A stretch of 64,000 nt of DNA, taken from assembly GCA_964537715.1 (NCBI GenBank), contig CAZIAH010000007.1:2734-66733 (forward strand), in the 5' to 3' direction. This DNA comes from an uncultured bacterium (GTDB taxonomy: Bacteria; Zhuqueibacterota; QNDG01; DSAB01). How positions within the stretch are numbered: position 1 is the stretch's first letter; each line of letters opens with the position of its first letter. Under the pieces are notes generated by a model. That model made no database searches. It saw only the letters and a program-made list of their open reading frames with translations, and was not told the origin of the DNA. Positions 1-11,938 of the stretch are shown one piece after another. The position numbers were made by a program, and so were the translations under genes.

Positions 1-709
1 CGTGCCGTCGATACCAGCGCGGTCTTGAAAATAATGCAAGAAGTGCACCCAGAGGGCAAAGATTGCGGCACCAGAATCTTTTCTGAATTATCGTTAGAAA
101 CAGGATGAATACAAAAATGACACCGGTGACGACACTTCCTCGGAATGCTGATGCGGACAGAGGAAGTAAAAACATTCTCAGCCCTTCGTTGATTCGGAAA
201 ATGATATCTTCAAGAAAATGAAATGAAAAAAGTAAACCGATTAATCCTTCACTAAGGAATACAAATACCGGATAAATAACCGTCACAGTCACACGCGTAA
301 GAAAGGAAATCGGATCGAAAAAACCAGTGAACTGAACAGAAAACAATGCCCCGGCGATAATGAAAATGAGTACACCGAATTTAATCCAGTTGATCTTGTT
401 AGTAAGTGCCTTCCGATTTTTTTTTGAACGGTTTAATAGATGGTCTGATCCGTCAATCGTAGTTCCCAGAGGACAGATCCATCCGCAAAAAAAACGTCCC
501 AGAAATAGCGTCAAAATCAGTAGAACGATTGCCGAAATGCTGACAACAAATGCACGAGCAGATAATGAGGATGCAAGACCGATCAATGGATCGCTACACA
601 GAAAGAAATCTACTGGGAATTTGGATGTGAACGAATAGGCATTAAAAAGAAACAGCAGAAAAAAAATGACGAGAAAAACGATTTGAGAGATCCGTCTGAG
701 AATACGCAT
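1..709 (-). CDS. 4Fe-4S binding membrane protein (NapH/MauN-like), C-terminus runs off window
   Basis: Not in ORF track. Read by hand from ATG at 709: MRILRRISQIVFLVIFF..., with motifs GRFFCGWICPLG and RFWCRNLCPLG and several hydrophobic segments. Lies 15 nt downstream of the DUF362 gene. Confidence 0.85.
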   Translation of the reverse strand, partial: MRILRRISQIVFLVIFFLLFLFNAYSFTSKFPVDFFLCSDPLIGLASSLSARAFVVSISAIVLLILTLFLGRFFCGWICPLGTTIDGSDHLLNRSKKNRKALTNKINWIKFGVLIFIIAGALFSVQFTGFFDPISFLTRVTVTVIYPVFVFLSEGLIGLLFSFHFLEDIIFRINEGLRMFLLPLSASAFRGSVVTGVIFVFILFLTIIQKRFWCRNLCPLGALLALFSRPRWYRRH

Positions 710-724
710 GAGCAACCGGATCCT

Positions 725-1627
725 CTAACTGGCAAGACGTACGGTTTCAATATCGATTTTACTCAGGTCGTTTTGTCCCAAACCTCTTGCATGGGCTTTG
801 ACGAGAAAAGGAATCTCTTGAGGATTTAAATGAAACAGTGATGCTCCAAAACTGTCCATTGCGACAATGTCTGTCCCAACAGCAACTGTTTTTTTCAGTT
901 GAACATCCGCGATATTTCCGCCGCTGGGACCGTTTCGCAACAGCATTCGGTACGCATCCAGAATGATTAAATCGGAACGAATAAAGGTGTTGAGATCGGT
1001 AATTTTTGTGTCGAATTGCCGGTGCAACTGTCCTCGATTTCCACCCAAAAAACCCATTACATTTTTCATAGCCAGAGAAATACCAGCAATACTGTGATGC
1101 TTCGCTATGGGTAAATTGATGATTTTATCGGCTTCGAGTACTTCGTCGTATATCTCCCAGGAAGTGATAAGTTCTCCTTCGGGTAGACGTACCTTCCTGA
1201 ATTTTGGACCATAAACGTGCTGAATATCACCTCCAGAATCTTTCACCGATTTTTCGATGCCGCTTCTTTCATAACAACGTCTGGGTTCGTTCAGTGTGCG
1301 ATCGAACACTTTGACCTTTTTAGCGCCGGCTTCAAGACACATCCGGATCACTTCGGCGACTATTTCCGGATTGGTCGTTGCGGCCTGTTTCGGTACCCTG
1401 TCCCAGGAAATGTTCGGTTTGAGAACGACCGCATCCCCCTTTGATATAAACCGGGACATTCCTCCTGCCGATTCAATAGCCGTTCTGACCAAAGAAGCGG
1501 GTTCACCGCCTTCGGCAACTACGATTCCACAAGCGGATTTGCCTGTTTTGCTGAAAATGGAGGTTGAACCGACAAATGCAGTTAACCCGATCCCCGAAAC
1601 AGTTTTTATAAAATCACGGCGTTCCAT
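725..1627 (-). CDS. DUF362 family protein with Tat-like signal peptide
   Basis: N-terminal ERRDFIK; motifs VVLKPN, ATTNPE, KHH, LAMKN. Confidence 0.85.
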   Translation of the reverse strand: MERRDFIKTVSGIGLTAFVGSTSIFSKTGKSACGIVVAEGGEPASLVRTAIESAGGMSRFISKGDAVVLKPNISWDRVPKQAATTNPEIVAEVIRMCLEAGAKKVKVFDRTLNEPRRCYERSGIEKSVKDSGGDIQHVYGPKFRKVRLPEGELITSWEIYDEVLEADKIINLPIAKHHSIAGISLAMKNVMGFLGGNRGQLHRQFDTKITDLNTFIRSDLIILDAYRMLLRNGPSGGNIADVQLKKTVAVGTDIVAMDSFGASLFHLNPQEIPFLVKAHARGLGQNDLSKIDIETVRLAS

Positions 1628-1645
1628 GTAATAAAAGATTCTTAC

Positions 1646-4132
1646 CTAATTCGAACTTTGAGGCTTGACTTTTTTCGGCTTGCTGGTGGATGTTTTATCG
1701 TTCGATGTTTTTTCCTCTCCCATTACTTCGAATATTAGTTCTTCTCCCTTACATTTAACCAATATGTGGTTTTCATCGTTAAATTTGCCCTTTAATAATT
1801 CTTCTGCAATCGGATCTTCAATATATTTTCGAAGAACACGCCGAATCTGTCTGGCCCCGTAAACGGGATCATAGCCCTTATCCGCTAACAATTCTTTGGC
1901 CTTCGAGGAAAGCGTGATTTGAATGGAACGTTCTTTCATACTTTCCAGAATGTCGTCCATTGCGATATCGATGATGGATAAAATATCTGACCGTTGTAAT
2001 GGTTTAAACACAACGATCTCATCAATCCGGTTGATAAATTCAGGATTAAAAAGCTTTTTGGTTTCTTCCATCATGGATGATTTGATTTTATCATAATCAA
2101 CGATGCTATCATCTGTACCAAATCCGAATCCGCCCTTGTTCACTGAACGTGTACCGAGGTTCGACGTCATGATGAGAATGGTATTTTTAAAATCCACTTT
2201 TCTCCCGATACCGTCCGTCAAATGACCTTCATCCAATATCTGCAGTAAAATGTTAAACACATCCGGATGGGCTTTTTCGATTTCGTCCAAAAGCACCACA
2301 GAATAAGGGTGTCGTCTTACTTTTTCTGTGAGTTGTCCTCCCTCTTCATAACCGACATATCCCGGAGGAGCGCCGGTCATGCGCGAGACCGCAAACTTTT
2401 CCATAAATTCGGACATATCCACACGGATCAGTGCATTTTCATCCTCAAACAGATATTTAGCCAATATTCTGGCAAGATAGGTCTTCCCTACGCCGGTTGG
2501 CCCTAGGAAAATAAATGAGCCGATCGGACGGCGCGGATCTCTCAATCCTGCCCGTGTTCTTCGAATTGCCTTGCTGACAATGTCAATCACCTCATCCTGA
2601 CCGACCACTTTCTCCTTGAGAACATCGGTCATCTTGAGTAATTTGGCCGATTCCGATTGTGCAACTTTCGAAACGGGAATCCCCGTCATCATGGCCACGA
2701 CCTGCGCGATATCTTCATCGGTCACTTCCGCCAAAATTTCCCCCTCTTCGATCTCCCAGTTTCGTTTCGCGTCTTCGAGTTCTACAGTTAATTTTTTCTC
2801 CCTGTCCCGCAAGACAGCAGCTTTTTCAAATTCCTGATTTCGGATCACATTTTCTTTTTCCGTGCGGACCACCTTTAATCTTTCTTCCAGAATGGTCACT
2901 TCTTTAGGAACCGAAATATTCGCTAGATGAACTTTAGAGCCAGCTTCATCCATGACATCGATCGCTTTGTCCGGAAGATGCTTGTCGGTAATATACCTGT
3001 CCGAAAGACGGACAGCAGACATGATCGCTTCTTCAGTGTATTTGATCCGGTGATGTTTTTCGTAACGGTCTTTCAGACCCGTCAGGATTTTCAGCGTATC
3101 TTCAGCCGAGGGAGGATCGACCAGAACCTTCTGAAAACGCCGTTCCAGAGCACCGTCTTTTTCAATGTACTGCCGGTATTCATCCAGCGTGGTGGCGCCA
3201 ATGCATTGAAGTTCTCCTCGTGCCAGGGCGGGTTTGAACATATTGGAAGCATCCAGCGAACCAGAAGCACCTCCTGCACCGACAATCGTATGCAATTCGT
3301 CGATAAAGAGAATGACGTTTTTCGATTTGACCAGTTCGTTCATGATCGCTTTCATGCGTTCTTCGAACTGTCCGCGGTATTTGGTACCGGCCACAATCGC
3401 GCCCATATCAAGCGTGACCACCCGTTTGTTGTGAAGAATTCTGGAGACTTTCTTTTCTACGATCCGCATCGCGAGACCTTCCGCAATAGCTGTCTTTCCA
3501 ACGCCTGGTTCACCAATAAGTACCGGATTGTTCTTTTTTCTTCTTGAAAGAATTTGAGCAACCCGCTGTATCTCCAGTTCCCGGCCGATCACAGGATCCA
3601 GTTCTTCCTTGATCGCAAGCTCGGTTAAATCCCTGCCGAAATGATCCAATGCGGGTGTCTGTGACTTGCCTTTGATTTCTTTCGAAACGTTCGATCCTTT
3701 CAACACATTTTCAAGTTCGTTCTTAACTGTCTCATAAGTCACATCGTAGCTTTGCAAGACTTGAGCAGCGACACCCTCGGCGTCTCTCAATAATGCCATC
3801 AGCAAATGTTCCGTACCGATAATATTGGATTTAAACCGTTCGGCTTCCGCTGCGGCAACGCGTAGTACGCGTTCCGCTCTTTTCGTAAAGGGGATATTCC
3901 CCATCGTAATGGTGCCGCCGGTGGATCGTATTGCTTCTTCGATTGATTTCTTTAGATCATCGAGATCAATATCGAGATTTTGAAGTATGTCGATAGCAAC
4001 TCCACCACCTTCACGAATCAGACCCAATAAAAGATGTTCCGTCCCGATATAATCATGTCCAAGTCGGATTGCTTCTTCTCTTGAAAGTTGAATGACGACC
4101 TGAACACGTTGTGAAAAATTATTCCGAATCAT
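1646..4132 (-). CDS. clpC: ATP-dependent Clp protease ATPase subunit ClpC
   Basis: Clp_N repeats, Walker A motifs GEPGVGKT and [11 protein letters not shown] segment ([13 protein letters not shown]), follows mcsAB. Confidence 0.96.
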   Translation of the reverse strand: MIRNNFSQRVQVVIQLSREEAIRLGHDYIGTEHLLLGLIREGGGVAIDILQNLDIDLDDLKKSIEEAIRSTGGTITMGNIPFTKRAERVLRVAAAEAERFKSNIIGTEHLLMALLRDAEGVAAQVLQSYDVTYETVKNELENVLKGSNVSKEIKGKSQTPALDHFGRDLTELAIKEELDPVIGRELEIQRVAQILSRRKKNNPVLIGEPGVGKTAIAEGLAMRIVEKKVSRILHNKRVVTLDMGAIVAGTKYRGQFEERMKAIMNELVKSKNVILFIDELHTIVGAGGASGSLDASNMFKPALARGELQCIGATTLDEYRQYIEKDGALERRFQKVLVDPPSAEDTLKILTGLKDRYEKHHRIKYTEEAIMSAVRLSDRYITDKHLPDKAIDVMDEAGSKVHLANISVPKEVTILEERLKVVRTEKENVIRNQEFEKAAVLRDREKKLTVELEDAKRNWEIEEGEILAEVTDEDIAQVVAMMTGIPVSKVAQSESAKLLKMTDVLKEKVVGQDEVIDIVSKAIRRTRAGLRDPRRPIGSFIFLGPTGVGKTYLARILAKYLFEDENALIRVDMSEFMEKFAVSRMTGAPPGYVGYEEGGQLTEKVRRHPYSVVLLDEIEKAHPDVFNILLQILDEGHLTDGIGRKVDFKNTILIMTSNLGTRSVNKGGFGFGTDDSIVDYDKIKSSMMEETKKLFNPEFINRIDEIVVFKPLQRSDILSIIDIAMDDILESMKERSIQITLSSKAKELLADKGYDPVYGARQIRRVLRKYIEDPIAEELLKGKFNDENHILVKCKGEELIFEVMGEEKTSNDKTSTSKPKKVKPQSSN

Positions 4133-4161
4133 AGATGCAATCTCCAGTCTAGGGGTTCATT

Positions 4162-5220
4162 TCAGTTCAAATAGAGTCTTTCCCGAACTAACGAAGCGCG
4201 TTTCATATCCCTTTCGGTTTCAGTTAAATTCTCTCCTGAAATTTTTTGCAAATGGGCAGGTTGACATATCAACATCAGTTCATTCAGTATCTGGTAGTTC
4301 CATTGCTGTGTGATTCCCAACGCAACCCCCAATCGTAATGTAGAAACAAAATCTAAAAATTCCATAGAAGAAATCATTTTTGCCTTCATCAGTATTCCGA
4401 CGACGCGATTCACCTTGTCTTCTATGAAAATCATTTGCTTATTTTTTATCTTCTGTCGTGCTTTTTTTTCTTTGTTGATAAATTTCTTAACAATCGGAAC
4501 CAACCGATCCAAGATTTCCTGTTCTGTCCAGCCAAGTGTGTATTGATTTGAAATCTGAAAAAAATTACCCGTGATTTGACTACCCTCCCCATAAAAACCG
4601 CGAACGGCAATACCTGTCGGTATCAACTCGGCAAAAACTTCATCGATTTCCCGTGTGTAAGTCAATGCCGGAAGATGAATAAATACCGAAAATCGGACGC
4701 CTGTACCGACATTGGTCGGACATGCCGTCAAATAGCCAAATTGATCGGAAAATGCATAATTCAGATTTTTTGATAATTCTTCATCCAGTCGATAAATTTC
4801 TTGCCAGCCTTTTTTCAAAGAAAAACCCGCTGAAAGAAATTGAATTCTCAGGTGATCTTCCTCGTTGATCATAATATCGGTCGATTCGTCGGTTGCCACC
4901 AGCAAACCCCGCGGATTCGATTTCTCTGAAAAATCAAGGCTGATCAGGCGCCTCTCAATAAAAAATTGGTGTTCGTCCGTATCAACCGAAGACATATCAA
5001 AATAGTATGTCTGTTTCAGCCGAGTGGTTTCTTCGGCGGCCTGAAGTACTTCTGTGATAACTTCCTGCTGTTCTCGCTCACTCGCCCGATTTACAAACAA
5101 ATAATTTTGCAAATTTCGAGCCAACCGCACACGACTGCTGATGACTACATCCGAATACTTTCCGTCCATCGACAGCCAGTCCGCCACTTTCTTCGCCATG
5201 ATGTCAATCACAGGGTTCAT
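4162..5220 (-). CDS. mcsB: Protein arginine kinase McsB
   Basis: SSRVRLARN, NEEDHLR, GYLTACPTNVGTG phosphagen kinase motifs; lies between mcsA and clpC. Confidence 0.93.
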   Translation of the reverse strand: MNPVIDIMAKKVADWLSMDGKYSDVVISSRVRLARNLQNYLFVNRASEREQQEVITEVLQAAEETTRLKQTYYFDMSSVDTDEHQFFIERRLISLDFSEKSNPRGLLVATDESTDIMINEEDHLRIQFLSAGFSLKKGWQEIYRLDEELSKNLNYAFSDQFGYLTACPTNVGTGVRFSVFIHLPALTYTREIDEVFAELIPTGIAVRGFYGEGSQITGNFFQISNQYTLGWTEQEILDRLVPIVKKFINKEKKARQKIKNKQMIFIEDKVNRVVGILMKAKMISSMEFLDFVSTLRLGVALGITQQWNYQILNELMLICQPAHLQKISGENLTETERDMKRASLVRERLYLN

Positions 5221-5741
5221 GTAAATTTTACTCTCGACCGGTTCCGTTCAATCAAACGAATCCGATCCCTTAACTCGGCCGCCATTTCATAATTTTCATC
5301 TTGCACGGCTTCCTTCAGTTTCTTTTTCAGCGTGGGGATCGATTCCTTGGTCTTTTCAATGGTTTGAATATTTGATCCAAAATGTTTGTTGTTGCCGTGG
5401 ATTCTCCGGAGAAGCACGTTCAATTGACGAGAAAAAGTTTCATAACAATTCGGACAGCCCAGTTTTTCCATTTTTTTAAAATCAGCCCAGGAAAGATGAC
5501 AGACCGGACAGATCAGTTTTTTATCTTCTTCAGTAACCGATTCTTGGGATTTGGAGATTAAATGTTCGCTGAGCAACGCAACAATAATTTTTCCAAACAC
5601 TTTGTAAATGTCGATCATCGGATTATCCAAACCTTGTTTCTCCAGACACGTAGTACAAAGATTCAGTGTTTTCTTTTCATCTCCGATAATTTGCGTAAAT
5701 TTTACCACCGCTTCCCGCTGATGACACTTTTCACAAATCAT
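5217..5741 (-). CDS. mcsA: McsA activator (CXXC motifs plus UVR domain)
   Basis: Four CXXC motifs and C-terminal ENYEMAAELRD. Confidence 0.92.
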   Translation of the reverse strand: MICEKCHQREAVVKFTQIIGDEKKTLNLCTTCLEKQGLDNPMIDIYKVFGKIIVALLSEHLISKSQESVTEEDKKLICPVCHLSWADFKKMEKLGCPNCYETFSRQLNVLLRRIHGNNKHFGSNIQTIEKTKESIPTLKKKLKEAVQDENYEMAAELRDRIRLIERNRSRVKFT

Positions 5742-5839
5742 TTTATAAATTTTACTCTCTGAAGCAAATCTCTGTTCCTCTTGTCGCCTGATTAATCGTT
5801 ATTAACCTCCCAAAACGATTGTCACATTCCATTTTTGGA

Positions 5840-6565
5840 TTAGTTTTGCGATGAATTTTTAATCTTCCCATCATACAATTCGATAACACGATCCGCCCGT
5901 TCAGCCAGTTCCATGTTGTGTGTCACAACCACGAACGTTTTTTGTCTTTCCCGAACGAGTTTCCACATCACATCGTGCAGGATCTGACTGTTGGCCAAAT
6001 CCAGATTTCCCGATGGTTCATCTGCCAAAATCAAAACGGGATCGGTAATCAGAGATCGGGCAAAAGCAACCCGTTGCTGTTCTCCGCCTGATAATTCCCG
6101 AGGTCGGTGGTGCAGCCGATTTTTCAGGCCAACTTCTTCCAACAATCGTTCGGCTTTTGAATAGACTTGATGACTATTATTTCGTGAAATCAAACCAGGA
6201 ATGGCCACATTTTCCAGTGCAGTAAATTCTGGAAGCAGGTAATGAAATTGAAATATGAATCCAATTGTCTTATTCCGAAAACTGGCCAACTGATTGTCTG
6301 TCCTGGTAAACATATCTTTGTTATTAAAAAGAATTTTACCGGTAGTCGGACGGTCCAGAGCTCCCAGAAGATGCAGAAAGGTGCTCTTACCCGCCCCCGA
6401 GTGGCCGGTGATTGCCAGGATTTCACCTTCGTATACCTCTAAATCGATTCCTTTGAGCACCTTCAATTCGGATGATTTTCCCATTGGATAATTTTTATGA
6501 ATACGTTGAATAGAAAGTATTCGTTTTTTTGTGGATGGAATCATATTATCCGCTTTCCATTTCAC
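5840..6565 (-). CDS. lolD: Lipoprotein-releasing ABC transporter ATPase
   Basis: [27 protein letters not shown]; follows lolC/E. Start may be the ATG at 6544. Confidence 0.88.
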   Translation of the reverse strand: MKWKADNMIPSTKKRILSIQRIHKNYPMGKSSELKVLKGIDLEVYEGEILAITGHSGAGKSTFLHLLGALDRPTTGKILFNNKDMFTRTDNQLASFRNKTIGFIFQFHYLLPEFTALENVAIPGLISRNNSHQVYSKAERLLEEVGLKNRLHHRPRELSGGEQQRVAFARSLITDPVLILADEPSGNLDLANSQILHDVMWKLVRERQKTFVVVTHNMELAERADRVIELYDGKIKNSSQN

Positions 6566-7848
6566 TCGTATCGAATTGCTTCAACCGGATCCAGTTTGGA
6601 TGCCTTTCTGGCTGGATAAATCGCCGCGAGCAAACAGATTAGTATAGCCGCAATGCCAATAAAAACAAAATCCGAAACTTGCATTTTTACAGGTAGTATG
6701 CTGATAAAGTATACATCACCGGGTAGTTTGATGGTCGGCAGAGGCTTGTTGATCAACGGCAAAATAATTTTATCCCCGTTTTCCTGCCAGAAACACAAAC
6801 CGAAACCAATCACCAATCCAAAAAAAGTTCCAACGATTCCCACAACAATGCCTTCGTACAAAAAAATTCTCATGATGCTCCTGGCGGTGGCCCCCATGGA
6901 TTTCAAAATTCCAATTTCTTTGGTCTTTTCCATGACGACCATAATCAAAGTACTAATGATATTGAAGGCCGCCACAAGAATGATTAGACAGAGAATGATA
7001 AACATCGCCCATTTTTCAAGCTGCATCCAGGAAAACAAATTCTTCCTCATATCGAACCACGTCAGGGCATAATAGGGAAAGCCCAGACGTTTATCAATCC
7101 CTTCGACTACTTGACTGGCTTTGTAGAGATCATCCAGGCGGATTTCAATACCTGAGACCCTTTTCCCCATACGAAACAATTCCTGGGCCGATTCCAGGGA
7201 AATATAAACATAGGCATTGTCATATTCGTACATACCAGACTCAAAAAATCCCGTGACGACGAATTGTTTTACCGGGGGCATCTGAAACATCGAATGCACA
7301 CCGGTCGGACTGATTAAAACCACTTTGTCCCCGATATCGATCATCAAACGATCCGCTAAAAACCGACCAACCACAATTCCCGGTAAAGGTCTTTCCCCCT
7401 CTCCTGTTTCGACCATTCCCAGTTCCAGTCTACCGTAAATGATATTTTTGTGCAGATCTGAAACATCACCCACAGTTTTCTGATCGGCACCACGAACGAT
7501 GACGCCGTCATTCCGATCACCAGCGCGGATCATACCCTTGTCTAAAATATAAGGCGACATACCGATAATGTGCGGAATGCCCCGAATTCTTCCCATGATT
7601 TCGGTATAATCGTCAATGCCCTGGTCGTGATACGTTCGCAAACGAATATGCGTGTCGAATCCGATGATTCTCGAACGAACTTCCGATTCGAAACCATTCA
7701 TCACGGACAGAACAATGATCAAAGCAGCCACGCCAATGGCAACACCCAAAATCGAAATATAGGTAATCAGATTGATAAATCCGGTTTTGCTTCTGGATTT
7801 TAAATAACGGCGGGCGATAAACAATTCGTAAGACGGATGAAACATCAT
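6562..7848 (-). CDS. lolC: Lipoprotein-releasing ABC transporter permease LolC/E
   Basis: [47 protein letters not shown]. Confidence 0.9.
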   Translation of the reverse strand: MMFHPSYELFIARRYLKSRSKTGFINLITYISILGVAIGVAALIIVLSVMNGFESEVRSRIIGFDTHIRLRTYHDQGIDDYTEIMGRIRGIPHIIGMSPYILDKGMIRAGDRNDGVIVRGADQKTVGDVSDLHKNIIYGRLELGMVETGEGERPLPGIVVGRFLADRLMIDIGDKVVLISPTGVHSMFQMPPVKQFVVTGFFESGMYEYDNAYVYISLESAQELFRMGKRVSGIEIRLDDLYKASQVVEGIDKRLGFPYYALTWFDMRKNLFSWMQLEKWAMFIILCLIILVAAFNIISTLIMVVMEKTKEIGILKSMGATARSIMRIFLYEGIVVGIVGTFFGLVIGFGLCFWQENGDKIILPLINKPLPTIKLPGDVYFISILPVKMQVSDFVFIGIAAILICLLAAIYPARKASKLDPVEAIRYE

Positions 7849-9368
7849 TCATCTTCTTTCTGCGAATGAGAAATATTCTCCTTTTTCATCTGTGGAAACA
7901 AAATCACGTCCCGAATCGACGGCGTATTAGTCAGCAGCATGACCAGCCGGTCGATTCCGATTCCCAGTCCAGCAGTCGGCGGCATACCGTATTCGAGTGC
8001 ACGAATATAATCTTCGTCGATGGTCATGGCTTCCTCGTCCCCTTTTGCCCTGAGTTTGGTCTGCTCTTCCAGCCTTTCCCGCTGATCCACGGGATCGTTC
8101 AATTCGCTGAAGGCATTGCACAACTCCGTGCCGGCCACGATGACTTCGAAACGCTCGACCAGCCCGGGCATGGAACGGTGTTTTTTCGCCAGCGGAGAGA
8201 TTTCAACTGGATAATCAATAATAAATGTCGGCTGAATCATTTTGGGTTCGACATATTCGCTGAAAATTTTATCGTAGACTTTTCCTTTTTCGAAAGGAGC
8301 ATCGATATCCAGATGCAGTGCTTTTACGATGGCTTTTAATTCATCCTCACTTTTTCCGTAGAGATCGTGACCCGTATATTTTTGAATTGCATCAAAGAAA
8401 GTGATTCTTTGCCAGGGAGATTTGAAATCGAGTTTTTGATCTTTGTACATCAGCTCGGTATTGCCAAGGACTTCCATGCAAATCGTTCCTAGCATTTCTT
8501 CGACAAGTCGCATCATGAATTCATAATCTTCGTATGCTACATAGAGTTCCATCATCGTAAATTCGGGGTTGTGATCCCGATCCATGCCTTCATTTCTGAA
8601 ATTTTTTGCGATTTCAAACACACCGTCAAATCCGCCCACGACGAGCCGTTTGAGAAAGAGCTCGTCTGCAATGCGCAGGAACAGATCCGTATCCAAAACA
8701 TTGTGATGGGTCACAAAAGGTTTAGCGAACGCACCTCCGTAAAGCGTCTGCAGCACGGGCGTTTCGACTTCGACATATTCTTTCGATTCCAAAAATTTTC
8801 TCATGGACGCAATGATTTTGGATCGCTTAATAAAAATCTCTTTCACATCGGGATTGACCACAAGATCAACGTACCGCTGCCGGTACCTGGTTTCGACATC
8901 CTTGAATGCGTCATAGATAATTTTTTCATCGTCCTGTATTTTCTCTTTTACAATGGGCAATGGTCTTAAGTTTTTGGAAAGCAATTGGATTTCCCGGACG
9001 ATGACAGTCACCTCTCCCGTTCTGGTTTTGAATACTTCACCTACAATACCGACAAAATCACCGATATCCAGAGCTTTGAACAATTCATATCCATTGTCTT
9101 TGACTTCTTCCTGTTTGATGTAAATTTGAATTCTTCCGGTACGATCCATCAAATGGCCGAAACTTGCCTTTCCCATCCGGCGGATCGACATCAAACGCCC
9201 GGCAATGGAAATCTTGAACGGTTCTTCCTTGTGCTTGCCGAATGACTCGATTACTTCCTGGACCAAATGGGTTCTGGGATAAGTGTAGGCATACGGTACA
9301 ATATCCAGTTCTTGTATCCTCTGCAGCTTTTCCATCCGCTGTTTGATCAGCATGTCTATCGGATCCAA
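7845..9368 (-). CDS. lysS: Lysine--tRNA ligase (class II)
   Basis: [38 protein letters not shown]. Confidence 0.97.
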   Translation of the reverse strand: MDPIDMLIKQRMEKLQRIQELDIVPYAYTYPRTHLVQEVIESFGKHKEEPFKISIAGRLMSIRRMGKASFGHLMDRTGRIQIYIKQEEVKDNGYELFKALDIGDFVGIVGEVFKTRTGEVTVIVREIQLLSKNLRPLPIVKEKIQDDEKIIYDAFKDVETRYRQRYVDLVVNPDVKEIFIKRSKIIASMRKFLESKEYVEVETPVLQTLYGGAFAKPFVTHHNVLDTDLFLRIADELFLKRLVVGGFDGVFEIAKNFRNEGMDRDHNPEFTMMELYVAYEDYEFMMRLVEEMLGTICMEVLGNTELMYKDQKLDFKSPWQRITFFDAIQKYTGHDLYGKSEDELKAIVKALHLDIDAPFEKGKVYDKIFSEYVEPKMIQPTFIIDYPVEISPLAKKHRSMPGLVERFEVIVAGTELCNAFSELNDPVDQRERLEEQTKLRAKGDEEAMTIDEDYIRALEYGMPPTAGLGIGIDRLVMLLTNTPSIRDVILFPQMKKENISHSQKEDE

Positions 9369-9506
9369 CTAGAAATCTCCTTAAAAAATTCTCATGGCTA
9401 TATCGTTTAATCAATCAAATTTTTACAATATATCAAATAATTTCATTTTAAGCAATTTAAAATATGATGTTACAACTTGATTTTGCCTTTCCTGAAAAAT
9501 TCATAC

Positions 9507-9530
9507 AAAAAACGCCCGCGAACGGGCATT
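9507..9530 (-). terminator. Intrinsic terminator after prfB
   Basis: Minus strand reads GCCCG-TTCG-CGGGC-GTTTTTT, a GC stem with UUCG loop and U-tract about 30 nt after the prfB stop. Confidence 0.8.
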
Positions 9531-9560
9531 GCTGGCCGAACATTTTTTAATCCTACAGAA

Positions 9561-10659
9561 TCACCCGCCGAATTCCAGCAGATAGGTCTTGATAAACTCA
9601 TCCAGTTCTCCATCCATGACCGACTGTACATTGGAGGTCTCCACATTGGTCCGGTGATCTTTGACCATATTGTAAGGATGAAACACATAGGAACGAATCT
9701 GGCTGCCCCAGGCAATCTCTTTTTTTTGATTTTCGATATCCTTAAGTTTTTTTTCTTCTTCTTCTTTCTGGCGCTGATACAGTCTGGACATCAGAATTTT
9801 CATGGCATTGGCTTTGTTTTGGTGCTGAGATCGCTCATTTTGACACTGAACCACGATTCCGGTCGGAATATGCGTGATGCGGATCGCCGAACTGGTTTTG
9901 TTCACGTGCTGCCCGCCGGCACCGGAAGCGCGGTATGTATCGATTCTCAAATCATTCGGATCCACAGAAACTTCGATGTTTTCTTCGATTTCCGGATAAA
10001 CAAAGACAGATGCAAAAGAAGTGTGGCGTCGCTTGTTGGCATCGAACGGGGAAATTCGCACCAGTCGATGTACGCCCGCTTCGGCTTTAAGATAACCGTA
10101 TGCGTACTCCCCCTGGATCTCCATTGTGGCGCTTTTGATGCCCGCTTCCTCTCCGGTCTGCAGATCCAAAACATCGGTTGCGAATCCTTGTTTCTGGGCA
10201 TAGCGCAGATACATTCGAAACAGCATTTCGGCCCAGTCATGGGATTCGGTTCCTCCTGCCCCGGGATGAATGGTAAGGATTGCATTCTTGATATCATCGT
10301 CATGACCGAGCATTTGCCTCAATTCAAGATTTTCGATTAGCGTTTCTGTTTGTCCCAGTTCACCAGAGATTTCATTGAAGGTTTTTTCGTCGTTCTCTTC
10401 CCGGGCCAAATCGAACAGAATCGCGAGTTCTTCGATTTTATTGTGTATCGTATCCCAGTCGTTCGTCCAGGACTTTTCAGCGGTTAATTTTTTCAATATT
10501 TCCTGGGCTTTTTCATTGTCATCCCAAAAATCGGGTTCCGAGCTTTGTTTCTCCAATTCCTCTATTCTTTTCTTTCGATTGTCAATGTCAAAGATGCCTC
10601 CGCAATTGCAGAGTTTTCTCTTTCATGGAATTCAATCGTGTTTTCAATTCATCAAACAT
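9561..10659 (-). CDS. prfB: Peptide chain release factor 2 with programmed +1 frameshift
   Basis: SPF and GGQ motifs. ATG at 10659 gives MFDELKTRLNSMKEKTLQLRRHL, then CTT TGA C; the +1 frame (DIDNRKKRIEELEKQ...) joins the listed ORF. Confidence 0.96.
10587..10601 (-). promoter_or_regulatory. RF2 frameshift site (internal SD plus CTTTGAC)
   Basis: Minus strand GGAGG-CAT-CTT-TGA-C. Confidence 0.95.
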
Positions 10660-10675
10660 CTGTTCCCTCTGTTTA

Positions 10676-11938
10676 CTATCGATTATGATACATTGCAGGA
10701 AGAGTAATTTCACCCTGAATGGCGGATGTGGCTACCGTTGCCGGACTGGCAAGATAGACTTCCGCATTCGGAGAACCCATTCGCCCCTTGAAATTCCGAT
10801 TTGTCGTTGCAATGCAGGTTTCCCCATCGGCCAGTATGCCCTGATGTGCGCCCAGACAGGGTCCGCATCCGCTGTTGCAAATCACGCATCCTGCATTGAT
10901 GAAAATTGGCATCAATCCTTTTTCGATCATCTGTTTGTAGATGGTCATCGAAGCCGGAATGACAAGCATGCGAACATTTTGATGGACGTGCTTGCCTCGA
11001 AGTATATTGGCAGCAATTTCCAAATCGTCCAGCCGTCCATTGGTGCATGAACCCAAAAATGCCTGATGAATTGTTTTGCCTTTCACTTCGTTCACCGACT
11101 TGACATGATCAACCTGATGTGGACAGGCAATCTGCGGTTCAAGCGTATCTACGTTAATCTCATGCTCTGAGAAATAATCGGCTCCTTCGTCTGCCAATAT
11201 CCTCTTATAGGCGCTGGTTGTATGGTTTTTTAAATATTTTTCAGTTACTTTGTCCTGTGGAACAAAGGCACATTTTGCCCCCATTTCCATGGATAAATTG
11301 GTCAGTGTGATGCGTTCCGAAATCGACATGGCTTGGATCGCTGATCCTACAAATTCGACGGATTGATAATTGGCGCCGTCTGCTTTTAACATGCCAATAA
11401 TAAACAAAATAAGATCTTTTGCATATACTCCCGGCCGAAACCACCCAGTAACCGTGATTTTGATCGATTCAGGCACTCTGAGCCAGATTTTACCAATTGC
11501 CCATATACTGGCCATCTCTGTGGCTCCGATTCCTGCTGAGAAGGCTCCCAGGCTGCCATAGGACGTGGTGTGGGAATCGGTCCCGAGAATCAGGGTTCCG
11601 GGCAGCGCATACCCCTTTTCAATCATAACCTGATGGCAGATTCCTGTCTGGATATCATAAAATTTTTCAATTTTTTGATACTGGACGAACTCACGGATCA
11701 TTTTATGTGCATTGGCGGTTTTCACTGATTCTGCCGGAACGCGATGGTCCAGTATAATCACAATTTTTTCCGGATTCCAGACTTTTTCAACCCCAATCTT
11801 CCGAAACTGTTTGATCACCAGACCGGCATTGTCGTGCGACATCACCCGGTCTGGCTCGACCTCGACAATTTCCCCAACCTGGACAAAATCCCGATTGGCC
11901 TTATCGGCTAAAATTTTCTGAGCGAGTGTTTGTTTCAT
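10676..11938 (-). CDS. 3-isopropylmalate dehydratase / homoaconitase family large subunit (short LeuC/HacA type)
   Basis: DHRVP, GICHQ, GTDSHT, cluster cysteines in GSCTNGR and GCGPCLG, NRNFKGRMG. Substrate cannot be assigned from sequence alone. Confidence 0.88.
   Translation of the reverse strand: MKQTLAQKILADKANRDFVQVGEIVEVEPDRVMSHDNAGLVIKQFRKIGVEKVWNPEKIVIILDHRVPAESVKTANAHKMIREFVQYQKIEKFYDIQTGICHQVMIEKGYALPGTLILGTDSHTTSYGSLGAFSAGIGATEMASIWAIGKIWLRVPESIKITVTGWFRPGVYAKDLILFIIGMLKADGANYQSVEFVGSAIQAMSISERITLTNLSMEMGAKCAFVPQDKVTEKYLKNHTTSAYKRILADEGADYFSEHEINVDTLEPQIACPHQVDHVKSVNEVKGKTIHQAFLGSCTNGRLDDLEIAANILRGKHVHQNVRMLVIPASMTIYKQMIEKGLMPIFINAGCVICNSGCGPCLGAHQGILADGETCIATTNRNFKGRMGSPNAEVYLASPATVATSAIQGEITLPAMYHNR

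Noticed and set aside
360-638. 92-aa plus-strand ORF
   Set aside because: Antisense to the real 4Fe-4S membrane protein gene at 1-709.
5742-5839. CtsR or CIRCE operator upstream of mcsA
   Set aside because: No match to either consensus; only a weak AATCGTT/AACGATT inverted repeat.
9477-10340. 287-aa plus-strand ORF, and similar long ORFs at 2927-3547, 11930-12652, 27108-27911, 41559-42248 and 55854-56465
   Set aside because: Antisense shadows of conserved genes (prfB, clpC, alr, uvrB, trpD, pnp) with no recognisable motifs.
10588-10590. In-frame TGA as selenocysteine or pseudogene lesion
   Set aside because: It is the canonical RF2 frameshift stop.
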